Origin: an uncultured Verrucomicrobiae bacterium
GTDB taxonomy: Bacteria; Verrucomicrobiota; Verrucomicrobiia; Limisphaerales; Palsa-1400
Reading direction: 5' to 3'
Assembly: GCA_963702845.1 (NCBI GenBank)
Contig: OY969763.1
Coordinates: 4,352,001-4,416,000, forward strand
Length of the DNA stretch: 64,000 nt
This document shows, piece after piece, positions 1 to 10,113 of this stretch (its first letter is position 1; every line of letters begins with the position of its first letter). Position numbers and translations under genes: made by a program. The notes beneath the pieces were generated by a model that saw only the letters and a list, made by a program, of their open reading frames with translations, made no database searches and had not been told where the DNA came from.

Positions 1-197
1 ACTATGAATGTGCCGGATTTCGTGCAGAGCATGGACGGTTGCAGGCCGCGCGGTATCACCAGCTTTTCTTCGCCGAAGAACAGTCGCAATTTGCCATCTG
101 CTTCGATCATCTCCGGGATATTGGGACGTTGCGCCGTTCCAGCTCCGATAATCTGATGCGCCAGCAGCAGCCCGAAAAGGACGAGGGTTCTTTTCAT
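1..197 (-). CDS. Secreted protein, N-terminal part only (runs off the window edge)
   Basis: ATG at 197 overlaps the upstream stop (ATGA); my translation MKRTLVLFGLLLAHQIIGAGTAQRPNIPEMIEADGKLRLFFGEEK... has a signal-peptide-like start and no stop before base 1. Confidence 0.65.
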   Translation of the reverse strand, partial: MKRTLVLFGLLLAHQIIGAGTAQRPNIPEMIEADGKLRLFFGEEKLVIPRGLQPSMLCTKSGTFI

Positions 198-1120
198 GTT
201 TTGTAACTCCATTGCGGATATTTTTTCTTAATCACGTCTGAAATTCTTCCGAACGTTTCCTCGCTCAAACCGCTGTACGGTGGAAGCAGGCGAAGTGGAA
301 AATCAGGATCGTGGATTTTGCAGAACACTTTATCGAAAGCTCCGTCCATGTGCGCCTCGCTTCGTCCGAGGGCGACGATCTCGTCGATCATCTCGCTAAG
401 TTCACGTTGTTGACGATGCATCCCTTTCAAATCCTGGCGTTGGCCGGCTTCGAAATAACACTTTGCTTGATCGAAATTCACTGAGGCCACCGAAACCAGG
501 AACCCACATTCGCCGAGCTGGCTACCATAGGCGAAACCAGTCTCGGTGAAAAAGTGCTGGAGCTGCGGCGCTTTTGTCATCAGTCCGGAAATCCGCTCGG
601 TCAAATCGGTGCTGTTTTTTGTGGCGACGAGGTTCGCGTGTTTGTCCGCCAAGGCGCCGTATTCTTCCGGTGTTACAAGGCGTTTTGCGCGCAGCAGATT
701 GTAATGAAGAAATGAACAATCGGGAAAACGTCCGCATGTTTCAGCAAAGAACGTTTTCAGTTCGGCATCACTGAGCGCGCCCCAACTTGGCAGCGAAATT
801 TGAAAATGACGGATTCCCATTTGCCGCGCGCGCTCAATTCGCTCAATGATCGTCGGTAATGAAAGACTGATTACACCGACCATCCCCGGAACATTGTGTT
901 GCGTTGTTTCCTCGCGGAAGATGCGAACAATCTGATCGAATTGGCTTTCGGTGACGGCGTAGCCTTCGCCGGCGGTGCCGAACAGGTAGATGTTGTGCGT
1001 GAGGTTTTTGGCGAGATTACGGATTTCGCGACGGAAGATGGGTTCTGCGAGCGTGCCATCCTCGTTCCAGGGAATGCAGCACGTGGCGAGAATGCAGGCT
1101 GGATAACGTTTGACGTTCAC
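194..1120 (-). CDS. Dihydrodipicolinate synthase / N-acetylneuraminate lyase family class I aldolase
   Basis: LFGTAGEG (GxxGE) motif, HYN, Schiff-base lysine region NLVATKNS. Confidence 0.85.
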   Translation of the reverse strand: MNVKRYPACILATCCIPWNEDGTLAEPIFRREIRNLAKNLTHNIYLFGTAGEGYAVTESQFDQIVRIFREETTQHNVPGMVGVISLSLPTIIERIERARQMGIRHFQISLPSWGALSDAELKTFFAETCGRFPDCSFLHYNLLRAKRLVTPEEYGALADKHANLVATKNSTDLTERISGLMTKAPQLQHFFTETGFAYGSQLGECGFLVSVASVNFDQAKCYFEAGQRQDLKGMHRQQRELSEMIDEIVALGRSEAHMDGAFDKVFCKIHDPDFPLRLLPPYSGLSEETFGRISDVIKKKYPQWSYKT

Positions 1121-2236
1121 GGTTTAAGCGAAGGCACGATGGCGCTTTTGGTGGCCTGTCCGGAAGCGGTCATAGCGAGAGCTTCATTGGCTTGTTCGAT
1201 CGAAAAGCGGTGCGACACCATTTCGGCGAATGGAAATTGCTTTTGATTCGCTCGCAAGAAATCGATCGCCATTTTCATGTGACGCGGCTCGCTCGACCAC
1301 GAACCGAAGATGCTTAGCTGTTTGCGCGTCACAACGTGCGGGTTCCAACTCACTGGTCCCGCATCACAATAGTGACCGAGAACCAGATATTTTCCGCCGT
1401 CGCGGCACATCTCCATGCCTTCGACGACCGCGACTGGAATACCGACGCATTCGAGCACGCACGTCCGCGCCATAACCGCGCGTCACGTCTCGAACGGCGG
1501 CGATCCGGTCAGCGGGCGTTGGCACCTGTTCGATATCGATCAGTTGGTCGGCACCAAAACGTCTGGCCATTTCGAGGCGATGCTTCGGCGCGCCGATGAC
1601 AATGACGCAGCTAGCGCCGGCCGTTTTGGCTACGGCGAGAGCCGCAATTCCAACTGGTCCAGCTCCTTGCACAACCACGATGTCGTTTTCGGAAATGCCA
1701 GTGCGTTCGATGCCGTGAATGGCAGTGTTTAAGGCGCAACCAGCACCGATGACAGATTCCGTTGGTAAATCGTCCGGCAGTTTAAAAATCGCGGAGCGCG
1801 GTTTGAGATAATGGAATTCAGCGTAACCACCGAGGAAATGTGGGGCGCAGTCACAAGGCTGACTGATGCCGTAGGCGCGCCGGTTGATGCAGCGGGTTGG
1901 AACTTTCTTTTCGGCGCAATAATAACAGGAACCGCACGTCAATCCTGCGCTCCATGCTATACGATCACCGACGCGCAAAGATTGGCCTGACCAATCCAGT
2001 TCCACGCCATCGCCGAGAGCTTCGATGCGGCCGACCGTCTCGTGACCGAGAATGACCGGCAGCTTGATTGGAAGTTCGCCTTTCCACAAATGCACATCGG
2101 TGCCGCAGGTCCCGGCCATTTCGGTGCGAACGAGAACTGCGCCGGGTTCAGGCCGCGCAGGCAATTCGTAATTCAATAGCGCCAGGGGAGCTTTGAATTT
2201 TTCGAGGACGGAAGCTTTGGCTGTAGCAATCTTCAT
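1117..2236 (-). CDS. Zinc-binding alcohol dehydrogenase, split by a +1 frameshift near 1460
   Basis: ORF 1364-2236 has CGTD, GHE, CxxCxxC and GAGPVG; ORF 1117-1473 continues with VLECVG...; removing one base at ~1459-1462 joins GYGAD to VLECVG. Confidence 0.85.
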
Positions 2237-4866
2237 GGAAACTGGGTTTCGGCCTTTGGATGGCTAGTCAGGTTTTTTTTGTAACGGAGATTGCGCCCGA
2301 GCTCCAACGCCTGCACAAACGCCTCGCCTGATTTTGTCGCGCCTTTTTCCTCGTAAGTACGGCCCGCGAAATGAACTTCGACAATACCGTTGCTGGGCGT
2401 GATCCCGCTGAAAAAAAGATCAATCGCTTTGTTCGGTCCGCCAGCCTTCGCGGAGACATCCATTTCTTCTACGACTTTGTTTCCGTTGATGAAAATATCG
2501 AAACAATTTTGCGTGGTGTCGATTTCGCGGGTGTTGGCAAACGCGAGACGAAGGTCATATTTGCCGGGGCCAACAGTAAGATTGACCCGGAAATCGTGTC
2601 CATGAAGCCCATGACGGTATAATTCCGTATCGCGAGTGCCGGTAACGACGTTTGCGGCATTCGTCCACCAACTGGCGGCTATTGTATCCATACGCTGGCC
2701 GGCTCTGAATACGACTTCCGTGCCCGGACGCCACGAGTTGCCGTGGGTATCGCGGTAATCGTTCCGTTTCGTGTAACCAAAGATCATGCGCTGCGGTTCG
2801 GAAGGACCCGTGTCGCTTGGAAAATGAGACGCTTTATTTTCAGCGGAGAACTGAACGGCATCAACGTAGACCCGTTTGCCCCGTGAATAGGGATTGCCAG
2901 CACCCAGCGCGACAATCTTTAAAGTGTGCTCGGCAGTTTCGAGACCATTTCTGTAATAGAGAGTTTGATTGGTGCGGAGAGATGGATTCCAGAAATCGAT
3001 CGGCACCATTTGTTTTTCGCCGTAGATGAAAACTTCGGCTTGGCCACCAAACTCATCAGCACGACCGATGAGGCGAATTTGATTCCCGTAAAACCTGGCA
3101 GTGACGGCTGCGCCTTTCTCAGTGGTGTAGAACGTGTCCTGTTGCTTTTCCCACGCACCTTCATACTGCAAGGCAGGCGCGCCGACTTGGCTTTGCGGAT
3201 CTTTTCCCGTGATGACAATTTGTCGCGCAGCATCGTGACGGATTCGAACGATAGCATCCCCGTTCGGCAGTTTTTTGACCGCAAAGCCGTTCTTTTTCAG
3301 GTCGCTGCGAGAGCGCAAGCGTTGCCCGTCCGCCGTTATTGCGTCGGGAACAAATGAAAGGCGAAGCACGTCGATGGTTTTGGGCGGCGCATCAAATGTC
3401 GAATAGGTAATTGTCCCCTTCCCGTAATTGATCGAGTTCACAACAGCGGTGGAACGGACCAGATGATTCTCCCGGCACGCGCCGAGTTCCTCCGGGAGCC
3501 AGCCGATAGCGGAAAGCACCCAACGCAGAGGCAATGGATGGGCGATATTCAACCAATTGCCATTAACGATTACTCCACCGTCGATGTTGTCTTCGCTGAC
3601 GCCGGTTTCGTGGACATCGTAGGTCTGCAAAACGAACTGGCGGTAAGCGAGTTCACGCGCCCAGGAATCATTAGCCTCGACAGCGTATTGAGCGGTGACG
3701 CCGCCATCCAACAGTGGTGCATACCAAAGCGAGCGACCGCAGCAACTACTGGATTCCGGATAAGCCCATGCGCCGCTATAGACATCACCGCTGGAAAGAG
3801 GATTGGCGCTGGAGCGGCCCAGGAATTCCGTGAGAATATTGCGCGCGTCACTCCGCCAGTTTGGAAAGCGATCTTTGTTGGAGATCAAATAGGCGGCGAC
3901 GTCGGCAGTGGTGGAACAGTTCTGCACTCCGTTTGGCCAATCCCAAAAATAATAGGCCCAGGTGTCGTCAACATTCCAACGAGGCAACAATTTTTCGTTG
4001 AGATAGCGGTCGCCAGCATCACGTGCTTTGACAATCTCTTGATTTTTTCCGGTGTGACCCATGCGGATCAATTCATCGAGAAACGCCAGGATCATGGTGA
4101 CGCCACCAGTCTGTTTGTTCACGCCTTTCCATCGGCAGCTCACTGGATTTGCATACCGAGGCCAGGGATCGGAACCGGGGGCCAGGTTGCAGTTTTTGGC
4201 CAATAGATCACCCCAATGTTTTATGGCATCAAGCCAGCGAGCGTTGCCAGTCACTTCGTACGCGCGCAGCAAAGCTCGCCCCATGTCGGCGGAAATATCG
4301 AGCTGGATCATTCCTCGAGGATCGGCGTCGCCATAGGGCTTGCCTTTTACTGGCACGCTGATCGGAAATTTCGGCCACGGATGATTAGCGGGCGTGAGGG
4401 CGTGGTCGATCAAGTAGTCGCCCATGTAGGTGAGGTGAGCGATGGCGACCGGATCGCCGGAGTAACGGTAGTAATCGACCATGCCGTTAAGCACGCTGAC
4501 GGAGCGTTGGCCGAGATCGCCGTTCATCCAATCGCCGGGATTTTCGGGAGTGATGACACCGTTCGAAGCGATCTGCCACTTGCTGGTGAACAGATAATCC
4601 GGATAAGCCGCGATGGCTGTGTTGGTCGTGGTCCACGGATAACGTTTCAATGTTTCAGCCGCAATCCGAACACGGAAATCGCACTGACCATTGAGCTGTT
4701 TGTACCACGGAGCAATTACACCGTTCTTATCCGTAACAGCGTCGTGACCGTAATAATGCTTTTGACTGGTGCTTCCCAAAGCCGACGCGCACGAGAGAAA
4801 CAACGTCGCGAAAAGACTGATACCGTCTGCCACCGCGCGGTTAATTTTGCGATTATCTCTTTTCAC
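2233..4866 (-). CDS. Large secreted protein: putative alpha/alpha-barrel glycoside hydrolase-like N-terminus with C-terminal malectin-like domain
   Basis: Signal peptide; Trp/Tyr-rich helical segments (YYRYSGDP, AYEVTGNARWLDA); C-terminal DTELYR...GKYDLRLAFA...FDIFING pattern typical of malectin domains. Confidence 0.65.
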   Translation of the reverse strand: MKRDNRKINRAVADGISLFATLFLSCASALGSTSQKHYYGHDAVTDKNGVIAPWYKQLNGQCDFRVRIAAETLKRYPWTTTNTAIAAYPDYLFTSKWQIASNGVITPENPGDWMNGDLGQRSVSVLNGMVDYYRYSGDPVAIAHLTYMGDYLIDHALTPANHPWPKFPISVPVKGKPYGDADPRGMIQLDISADMGRALLRAYEVTGNARWLDAIKHWGDLLAKNCNLAPGSDPWPRYANPVSCRWKGVNKQTGGVTMILAFLDELIRMGHTGKNQEIVKARDAGDRYLNEKLLPRWNVDDTWAYYFWDWPNGVQNCSTTADVAAYLISNKDRFPNWRSDARNILTEFLGRSSANPLSSGDVYSGAWAYPESSSCCGRSLWYAPLLDGGVTAQYAVEANDSWARELAYRQFVLQTYDVHETGVSEDNIDGGVIVNGNWLNIAHPLPLRWVLSAIGWLPEELGACRENHLVRSTAVVNSINYGKGTITYSTFDAPPKTIDVLRLSFVPDAITADGQRLRSRSDLKKNGFAVKKLPNGDAIVRIRHDAARQIVITGKDPQSQVGAPALQYEGAWEKQQDTFYTTEKGAAVTARFYGNQIRLIGRADEFGGQAEVFIYGEKQMVPIDFWNPSLRTNQTLYYRNGLETAEHTLKIVALGAGNPYSRGKRVYVDAVQFSAENKASHFPSDTGPSEPQRMIFGYTKRNDYRDTHGNSWRPGTEVVFRAGQRMDTIAASWWTNAANVVTGTRDTELYRHGLHGHDFRVNLTVGPGKYDLRLAFANTREIDTTQNCFDIFINGNKVVEEMDVSAKAGGPNKAIDLFFSGITPSNGIVEVHFAGRTYEEKGATKSGEAFVQALELGRNLRYKKNLTSHPKAETQFP

Positions 4867-4904
4867 AAAATGGTTTCAGTTTTCGGCAAATCGCGCGCGA
4901 TGGC

Positions 4905-5708
4905 TCAACTCTCAAGCGTCACCGGATTTGTCAGTTTGCCGATGTTCTCGATTTCGATGGTCACGACGTCGCCGGGCTTCAGCCAACGCGGCGGTTTTTG
5001 TCCCATACCGACTCCGTGTGGTGTGCCGGTCAGAATCACTGTGCCCGCCAATAGCGTTGTGCTGGCGCTGAGAAATTCGATAAGCGCGGGAACATCAAAA
5101 ATCATGTCGTTGGTGTTCCAACTTTGAACCGTGTCTCCGTTCAGGATTGTTTTGATCGCGAGAGAGTTCGGATTCGGAATTTCGTCCGCAGTGACAAGAC
5201 AAGGGCCAAGAGGCGCGAACGTATCGAAAAACTTGCCGCGACTCCATTGGCCGCCGCCGCGCTTGATCTGCCAGTCGCGCGCGCTGACATCGTTGGCGCA
5301 CATATAACCGAGCACATTTTTCAAAGCGTCAGCACGGCTGACGTTCTTGCACTTTTTGCCGATGACAACGGCGAGTTCACATTCGTAATCCACCTCGTCG
5401 CTTTTCATGAACGTCGGAATCTGGATCGGGTCGTCCGGGTTCTGAACGGTGTTGAGTCCTTTTGCGAAGAGCACGGGATACTCTGGAATTTTCGCGCCGC
5501 TTTCTTCAGCGTGTTTCCGGTAGTTCAGGCCGATGCCCAAAATGGAGGTGGGCGCGAGGGGCGCGAGCAACTTCGCAACTTTCGCAGGTTCGTTGGTGAT
5601 TTCGGGCTTGTCGAAGATGTCGCCGCGCAGCTTGAAAACTTTTCCTGCTGCGTCGAGTGCTCCGAATTCGATTTGTTTGGATGGGGTTTCGTAACGTACG
5701 ATTTTCAT
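4905..5708 (-). CDS. Fumarylacetoacetate hydrolase family protein
   Basis: GLNYRKH, VDYECELAVVIGK, NDVSARD, GK.FDTF.PLGP, TGTPHGVG motifs. Confidence 0.93.
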   Translation of the reverse strand: MKIVRYETPSKQIEFGALDAAGKVFKLRGDIFDKPEITNEPAKVAKLLAPLAPTSILGIGLNYRKHAEESGAKIPEYPVLFAKGLNTVQNPDDPIQIPTFMKSDEVDYECELAVVIGKKCKNVSRADALKNVLGYMCANDVSARDWQIKRGGGQWSRGKFFDTFAPLGPCLVTADEIPNPNSLAIKTILNGDTVQSWNTNDMIFDVPALIEFLSASTTLLAGTVILTGTPHGVGMGQKPPRWLKPGDVVTIEIENIGKLTNPVTLES

Positions 5709-5715
5709 AGATGTT

Positions 5716-6441
5716 TTAAATAGCTTTGGCCGCCGCCTTGCCGGTCAACGTTTGATAAATCTTCTCTGCCATAAGATGCGCGCCCTCGATGTTCGGATGA
5801 ACACCATCGGGGAACAGTGCGCTATAATTTTCAAGTGCGACGTAAAGATCGATCAGCGGTAGATGCTTTTGGCGGGCGATTTCGTTGATTTTGGGAATGA
5901 TTTCTTCGGTCAAAATCTTGTCTGTGTCATAACTCTTGCCCCGATCACGAAACAGCGGCACCGGCCGGCAAAGATAAATGCGCGGTTTTGTGTCGAGTTC
6001 CTGAAATTTCCCGATGAGTTCAAGGTAATCGCTGAGGAATTCGGCTTTGTGCAACGTCCAATTTTTCTCGTTGGTGTCGTTTGTGCCGAGCTGGATGACG
6101 ACGACGTTTGGCTTAAATGAAAGTGCACCGTGAAACGCGGGTTGGGTATTGTAAGGACGTGTTGCGTTCTTAAGGGCAGCCGCTCCATTCACGCCGAAAT
6201 TTCGCACATGCCATTTATCACCCAGCAAAACCGCTAATTGAGCGGGATAACTGTTGTGGTCGGGATTTGGGATGCGATGACCAAAGGTAATGCTATCGCC
6301 AATGCACGCAACGCGGATGGGCGTTTGGTAATCGGCTTCGCGGATAGGTTTGTCGTATCGTGCGGTGCTGCATGAAACGAATGCGACAGTCGTAACGACC
6401 AACAGAACGAACTGAATTAAATTTCGCAAGCCTTGTTTCAT
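5716..6441 (-). CDS. GDSL/SGNH hydrolase (esterase), probable lipoprotein
   Basis: GDSIT, LGTND, DGVHP blocks; lipobox-like FVSC. Confidence 0.9.
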   Translation of the reverse strand: MKQGLRNLIQFVLLVVTTVAFVSCSTARYDKPIREADYQTPIRVACIGDSITFGHRIPNPDHNSYPAQLAVLLGDKWHVRNFGVNGAAALKNATRPYNTQPAFHGALSFKPNVVVIQLGTNDTNEKNWTLHKAEFLSDYLELIGKFQELDTKPRIYLCRPVPLFRDRGKSYDTDKILTEEIIPKINEIARQKHLPLIDLYVALENYSALFPDGVHPNIEGAHLMAEKIYQTLTGKAAAKAI

Positions 6442-7529
6442 ATAGGAAGTGTGTTTCTGAAAAATCGCAGCCAGTTGCCGAAAAAGATTTCATCGATGTC
6501 GTTCGCGCTATAGCCGCGTGCGGCGAGGATGGTCTCGAGTTTGTGCAAATCGGAAATCGTATTGAGGTCGCCGGGCGTTTGTTCAGTCCCGAAACCGCCA
6601 TCGAGGTCGCTGCCGATGGCGCAATGATCGGTGTTGCCGGCGAGTTGGCAGATGTGATCGATATGGTTTGCCGCGTCTTCGATTTTCACCAAACGAGGAT
6701 CGGTTTGTCCGCGCTTCCAATTCGGGTAGAGCATCCACGCATCGAACGCGGCTCCGATAATGGCGTTTCGCGCAAGAAGGAGTTTGATCTGTTCGTCTGT
6801 GAGTTGGCGCTCTCCCGGCACTAGAGCGCGACAGTTGTGATGACTCGCGATCATCGGACCGTCATACACGTCCAGCGCGTGAGTGAACGACTCATCTGAA
6901 AGGTGAGTGACATCGAGGACCATGCCAATTCGTTTAAATTCTTTAAGAAGGCGAACACCAGAGTCGCTGAGGGGGCCGTCAGTCGAGGTGCCGCATGCAT
7001 ATTGGCTGCGTCCGTAGTGAGCGGGACCGACGCAGCGCAAACCATCATTGAACCAGGTCTCCGTTTGTTCCGGCTGCAGTATCGGATCGGCGCCCTCCAT
7101 GCCGAGAATGATCCCGAGCGGTGTGGTTGCGGCGTTCTTCTGCCACGCTTGCCAATGAACGGTGAGCTGAGAGCGTGTTTTGATGATGCGAAGAACGCCT
7201 TCGCGTTCAAGTTGGCGATAGTAGGCAAGCTGGCCCTGGGCGTGCGCATAGGCGACGCGCTGTTGGGCGTAGTCGAGGTCTGTTCGTTTGAACGCGGCTT
7301 GCGCCAATTTATCCGGCCCACTTCGTGCCATCAACGTCGCGATGCAAACCGCAACGTTCGCGCAGCGAAGTTCAGGAAACGAAACGATATTGCGCTCGCG
7401 TGCCAGTTCATCAGTCATTCCCGCCTCAGCGCGGCGAATGTCCGAAATGCTTTGCGTCAGGTCGCGATTGAAATACATCGCGCTCCACGCAAGGTCCAAA
7501 TGGGCATCAATGAGCGGTCTCATGGTCAT
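6438..7529 (-). CDS. Membrane dipeptidase (peptidase M19) family metallohydrolase
   Basis: IDAHLD, GMEGAD, DVTHLS, SHHNCR, IGSDLDGG motifs. Confidence 0.88.
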   Translation of the reverse strand: MTMRPLIDAHLDLAWSAMYFNRDLTQSISDIRRAEAGMTDELARERNIVSFPELRCANVAVCIATLMARSGPDKLAQAAFKRTDLDYAQQRVAYAHAQGQLAYYRQLEREGVLRIIKTRSQLTVHWQAWQKNAATTPLGIILGMEGADPILQPEQTETWFNDGLRCVGPAHYGRSQYACGTSTDGPLSDSGVRLLKEFKRIGMVLDVTHLSDESFTHALDVYDGPMIASHHNCRALVPGERQLTDEQIKLLLARNAIIGAAFDAWMLYPNWKRGQTDPRLVKIEDAANHIDHICQLAGNTDHCAIGSDLDGGFGTEQTPGDLNTISDLHKLETILAARGYSANDIDEIFFGNWLRFFRNTLPI

Positions 7530-8863
7530 TTGCCGGCGCGGGACAATTCGCGCAACACGCAGTCGGTGGCTTCCAAAGTTTTTTCAACGTCAGTGTCGCT
7601 GTGAGCGAAACTAATGCTGCCTTGCTTGGCCGCCACGGGAAAATGGTAGATGCCGCGTTCAATCAGCGCGCGGCGATATTTCACGTCAAAATCACCATTA
7701 TGTTTTTCGAGAATGTCCCACCAATCACGCGGCTCTTCGTCCATGAAATAAATACAGCTCGCGCTGCCGATACGGGAAATGGTGATGGGAATTTTGTGCC
7801 GTGCGAAGAGTTCGCGCTGCCCGGCTTCTAGCTTTTGCCCAAGCATCTCGAGTCGCCCGTAAACATCGTTCTTCGCGTCCATTAGTTTTCTCAAGCAAGC
7901 GATCGCAGCGACGACCGGAATCGGATGCGCATTGTAGGTCCCGGCGATCAATACGCGTTTTTTAGGGTCGGTGGAAACGGCCAAATCCATAAAGCCCGAT
8001 TTGCCAGCGAGCGCTGCTATGGGAAATCCGTTCGCGATCGCTTTTCCAAAAGTGGTCAGATCAGCCGTCACGCAAGCTATCGGTTGATAACCCCCGAGAC
8101 TGGCGCGAAAACCGGTTTTCACTTCATCGAAAATGAGTAGAAATCCATAGCGGTCTGCCAGTTCGCGTAATCCTTTCAAGTAACCGGGTTGCGGTTTGAC
8201 GACGCCGATGTTCTGCAAGGCCGGCTCAGTGATCAGCGCAGCGATCGCATATTTTTTCGCGACGCGTTCAACGGCATCGAGGTCGTTGAATGGAACGATG
8301 CGCGTGAGCGGTTGTTCTTCGGGCGGGATTCCTGCCGTGATCGGCACCTGAGGACATTCATCGCCAACGATTCGTTTACCGCCCAGTTGTTCCCGGCCGC
8401 TCATCAGGTTGGTCGCAACAGCGTTGTGATGGCCGTTGTAACCACCTTGCATCTTGATGATATGCGAGCGGCCCGTCCATGCGCGTGCGACGCGAAGCGC
8501 CTGCGCTGTAGCTTCGGAGCCCGTGTTTAAAAACTGCACCTTTTCCGCGTGCGGAACTGCCTTGAGAAATAAACGTGCCAGTTCGCCTTCTTCCGTCGTC
8601 GGTCCGCTGCCATAGTTGGACAAGTTGTCTTGTAACGCCTTGGTGACGGCGGCGTTCAAGTCGTCATCATTGTGGCCTAATATATACGGAGCAAAACCTG
8701 CGTGGTAATCGATGTATTCGTTCCCGTCGATGTCCCAAAGTCGCGAACCTTTAGCCCGCGCGAAAGCAATCACCGGGTCGGCTTTGCGGTTGAGCGATGC
8801 GAGTCCGCCCGGGATCGTTTTGGAATTCTCGGCAAGCAACTGTTCAGATTTCGAATGATTCAT
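7526..8863 (-). CDS. Class III PLP aminotransferase (GSAM-like)
   Basis: WDIDGNEYIDY, NTGSEAT, FDEVKTGFR, TFGKAIANG (PLP lysine). Confidence 0.88.
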   Translation of the reverse strand: MNHSKSEQLLAENSKTIPGGLASLNRKADPVIAFARAKGSRLWDIDGNEYIDYHAGFAPYILGHNDDDLNAAVTKALQDNLSNYGSGPTTEEGELARLFLKAVPHAEKVQFLNTGSEATAQALRVARAWTGRSHIIKMQGGYNGHHNAVATNLMSGREQLGGKRIVGDECPQVPITAGIPPEEQPLTRIVPFNDLDAVERVAKKYAIAALITEPALQNIGVVKPQPGYLKGLRELADRYGFLLIFDEVKTGFRASLGGYQPIACVTADLTTFGKAIANGFPIAALAGKSGFMDLAVSTDPKKRVLIAGTYNAHPIPVVAAIACLRKLMDAKNDVYGRLEMLGQKLEAGQRELFARHKIPITISRIGSASCIYFMDEEPRDWWDILEKHNGDFDVKYRRALIERGIYHFPVAAKQGSISFAHSDTDVEKTLEATDCVLRELSRAGK

Positions 8864-10113
8864 GGAGCGACTTCCTCTCCTTTAACGATGGGAACGCCGA
8901 CGCGATTGGCTGCAATGGGTTTGATCAAAAACAAAAGGGCAGCAGCGGCAGCCAAGCAAATGGCCGAGAACTGAAAGATTCGACTAACATCAATCTGTGC
9001 ATCGCGTAAAGCGCCGCCCGCAAAAATGGTAAGGCCGCCGACAAAACACGCGAACATGTTTAAAATCCCATAGCCCGTCGCGCGATAACGCGCGTCGGCG
9101 ATGAGGCACAGAATAGGCATCATGTTCGTGTCGGCAAACGAACGCATCAGGCCGTAGATCATCAATCCGAGGATCGCTACGGCAAGCAGGCTTGTATTGG
9201 CGGCGAGCAAAATCCCCGGCGCTGCGACAAAAAGACCAATCATGGTAATCGTGATCCTTCGATGTTCTCCCGAGCGGCTCCATCGATCGGTTATTGCGCC
9301 ACCGACTACGACACCGAGCAAAGCGGCCGCTTGCAGAAACCCCGTGGCGGAAAAACCGGCTGAGCCTTGTTTGAGGTTGAACTGTTCCTGAAAATAGGTC
9401 GGCATCCACCCATTGATAGCCCATCCCACGATTCCGAGCAGGCCCCAGAATAGGATCGCAATATAAAATGAACCGCGGCTGAACAGGCTTTTGATCGCTG
9501 GCAGAAACTTCGTTTCCAAATCCACGCTGACTTCCCGATCCGTTGCATCACGCAACAGGAAAACAAGGAGCACGGCATACAAAACGCCAATCACTCCGAA
9601 CAATTTGAATGCATAACCCCATTCATGACGGTCCGCGAGCCAGCCGCCCAATCCGCCCAGGCCAGACCCTACGAACACGCCGCTAACGTGAATTCCATTC
9701 GCCAGCGAACGAGTGGGACCGCGATGATAATCCATGATCAACGCCATTCCTGCCGGGATGTAACACGCTTCGCTGATACCCATCAAAGCTCGAGCACAAA
9801 GCAGTTGATCGAACGTTTTGGCGTGTCCCGTGAGCCACGTGATCGCAGACCAACAAAAGAGGCTGGCAATGATGACGCGGCTTCTCCCAAAACGATCGGC
9901 AAGAAATCCCGCAAAAGGACTGAGCGCCCCATAAACCCAGAGAAATACGGATGTCAGCAACCCAAACTGTTTGTCGGTCATGGGAATCGCCTCGACAATC
10001 GAGCCGTGCATTGTCGTCAGCATGATGCGGTCAAAATAATTCAGGCACGCTACAAACCAGAGCAAGGCTACACAGAGCCATGCCTGCACAGTTGATGGTT
10101 GGGCGCGTGTCAT
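8860..10113 (-). CDS. MFS transporter
   Basis: NYFDR, GFLADRFGR motif A, about 12 hydrophobic segments. Confidence 0.92.
   Translation of the reverse strand: MTRAQPSTVQAWLCVALLWFVACLNYFDRIMLTTMHGSIVEAIPMTDKQFGLLTSVFLWVYGALSPFAGFLADRFGRSRVIIASLFCWSAITWLTGHAKTFDQLLCARALMGISEACYIPAGMALIMDYHRGPTRSLANGIHVSGVFVGSGLGGLGGWLADRHEWGYAFKLFGVIGVLYAVLLVFLLRDATDREVSVDLETKFLPAIKSLFSRGSFYIAILFWGLLGIVGWAINGWMPTYFQEQFNLKQGSAGFSATGFLQAAALLGVVVGGAITDRWSRSGEHRRITITMIGLFVAAPGILLAANTSLLAVAILGLMIYGLMRSFADTNMMPILCLIADARYRATGYGILNMFACFVGGLTIFAGGALRDAQIDVSRIFQFSAICLAAAAALLFLIKPIAANRVGVPIVKGEEVAP

Noticed and set aside
7526..8863. Naming this gene hemL (and 19591-20871 hisD)
   Set aside because: Context and motif differences suggest catabolic paralogs, so symbols are withheld
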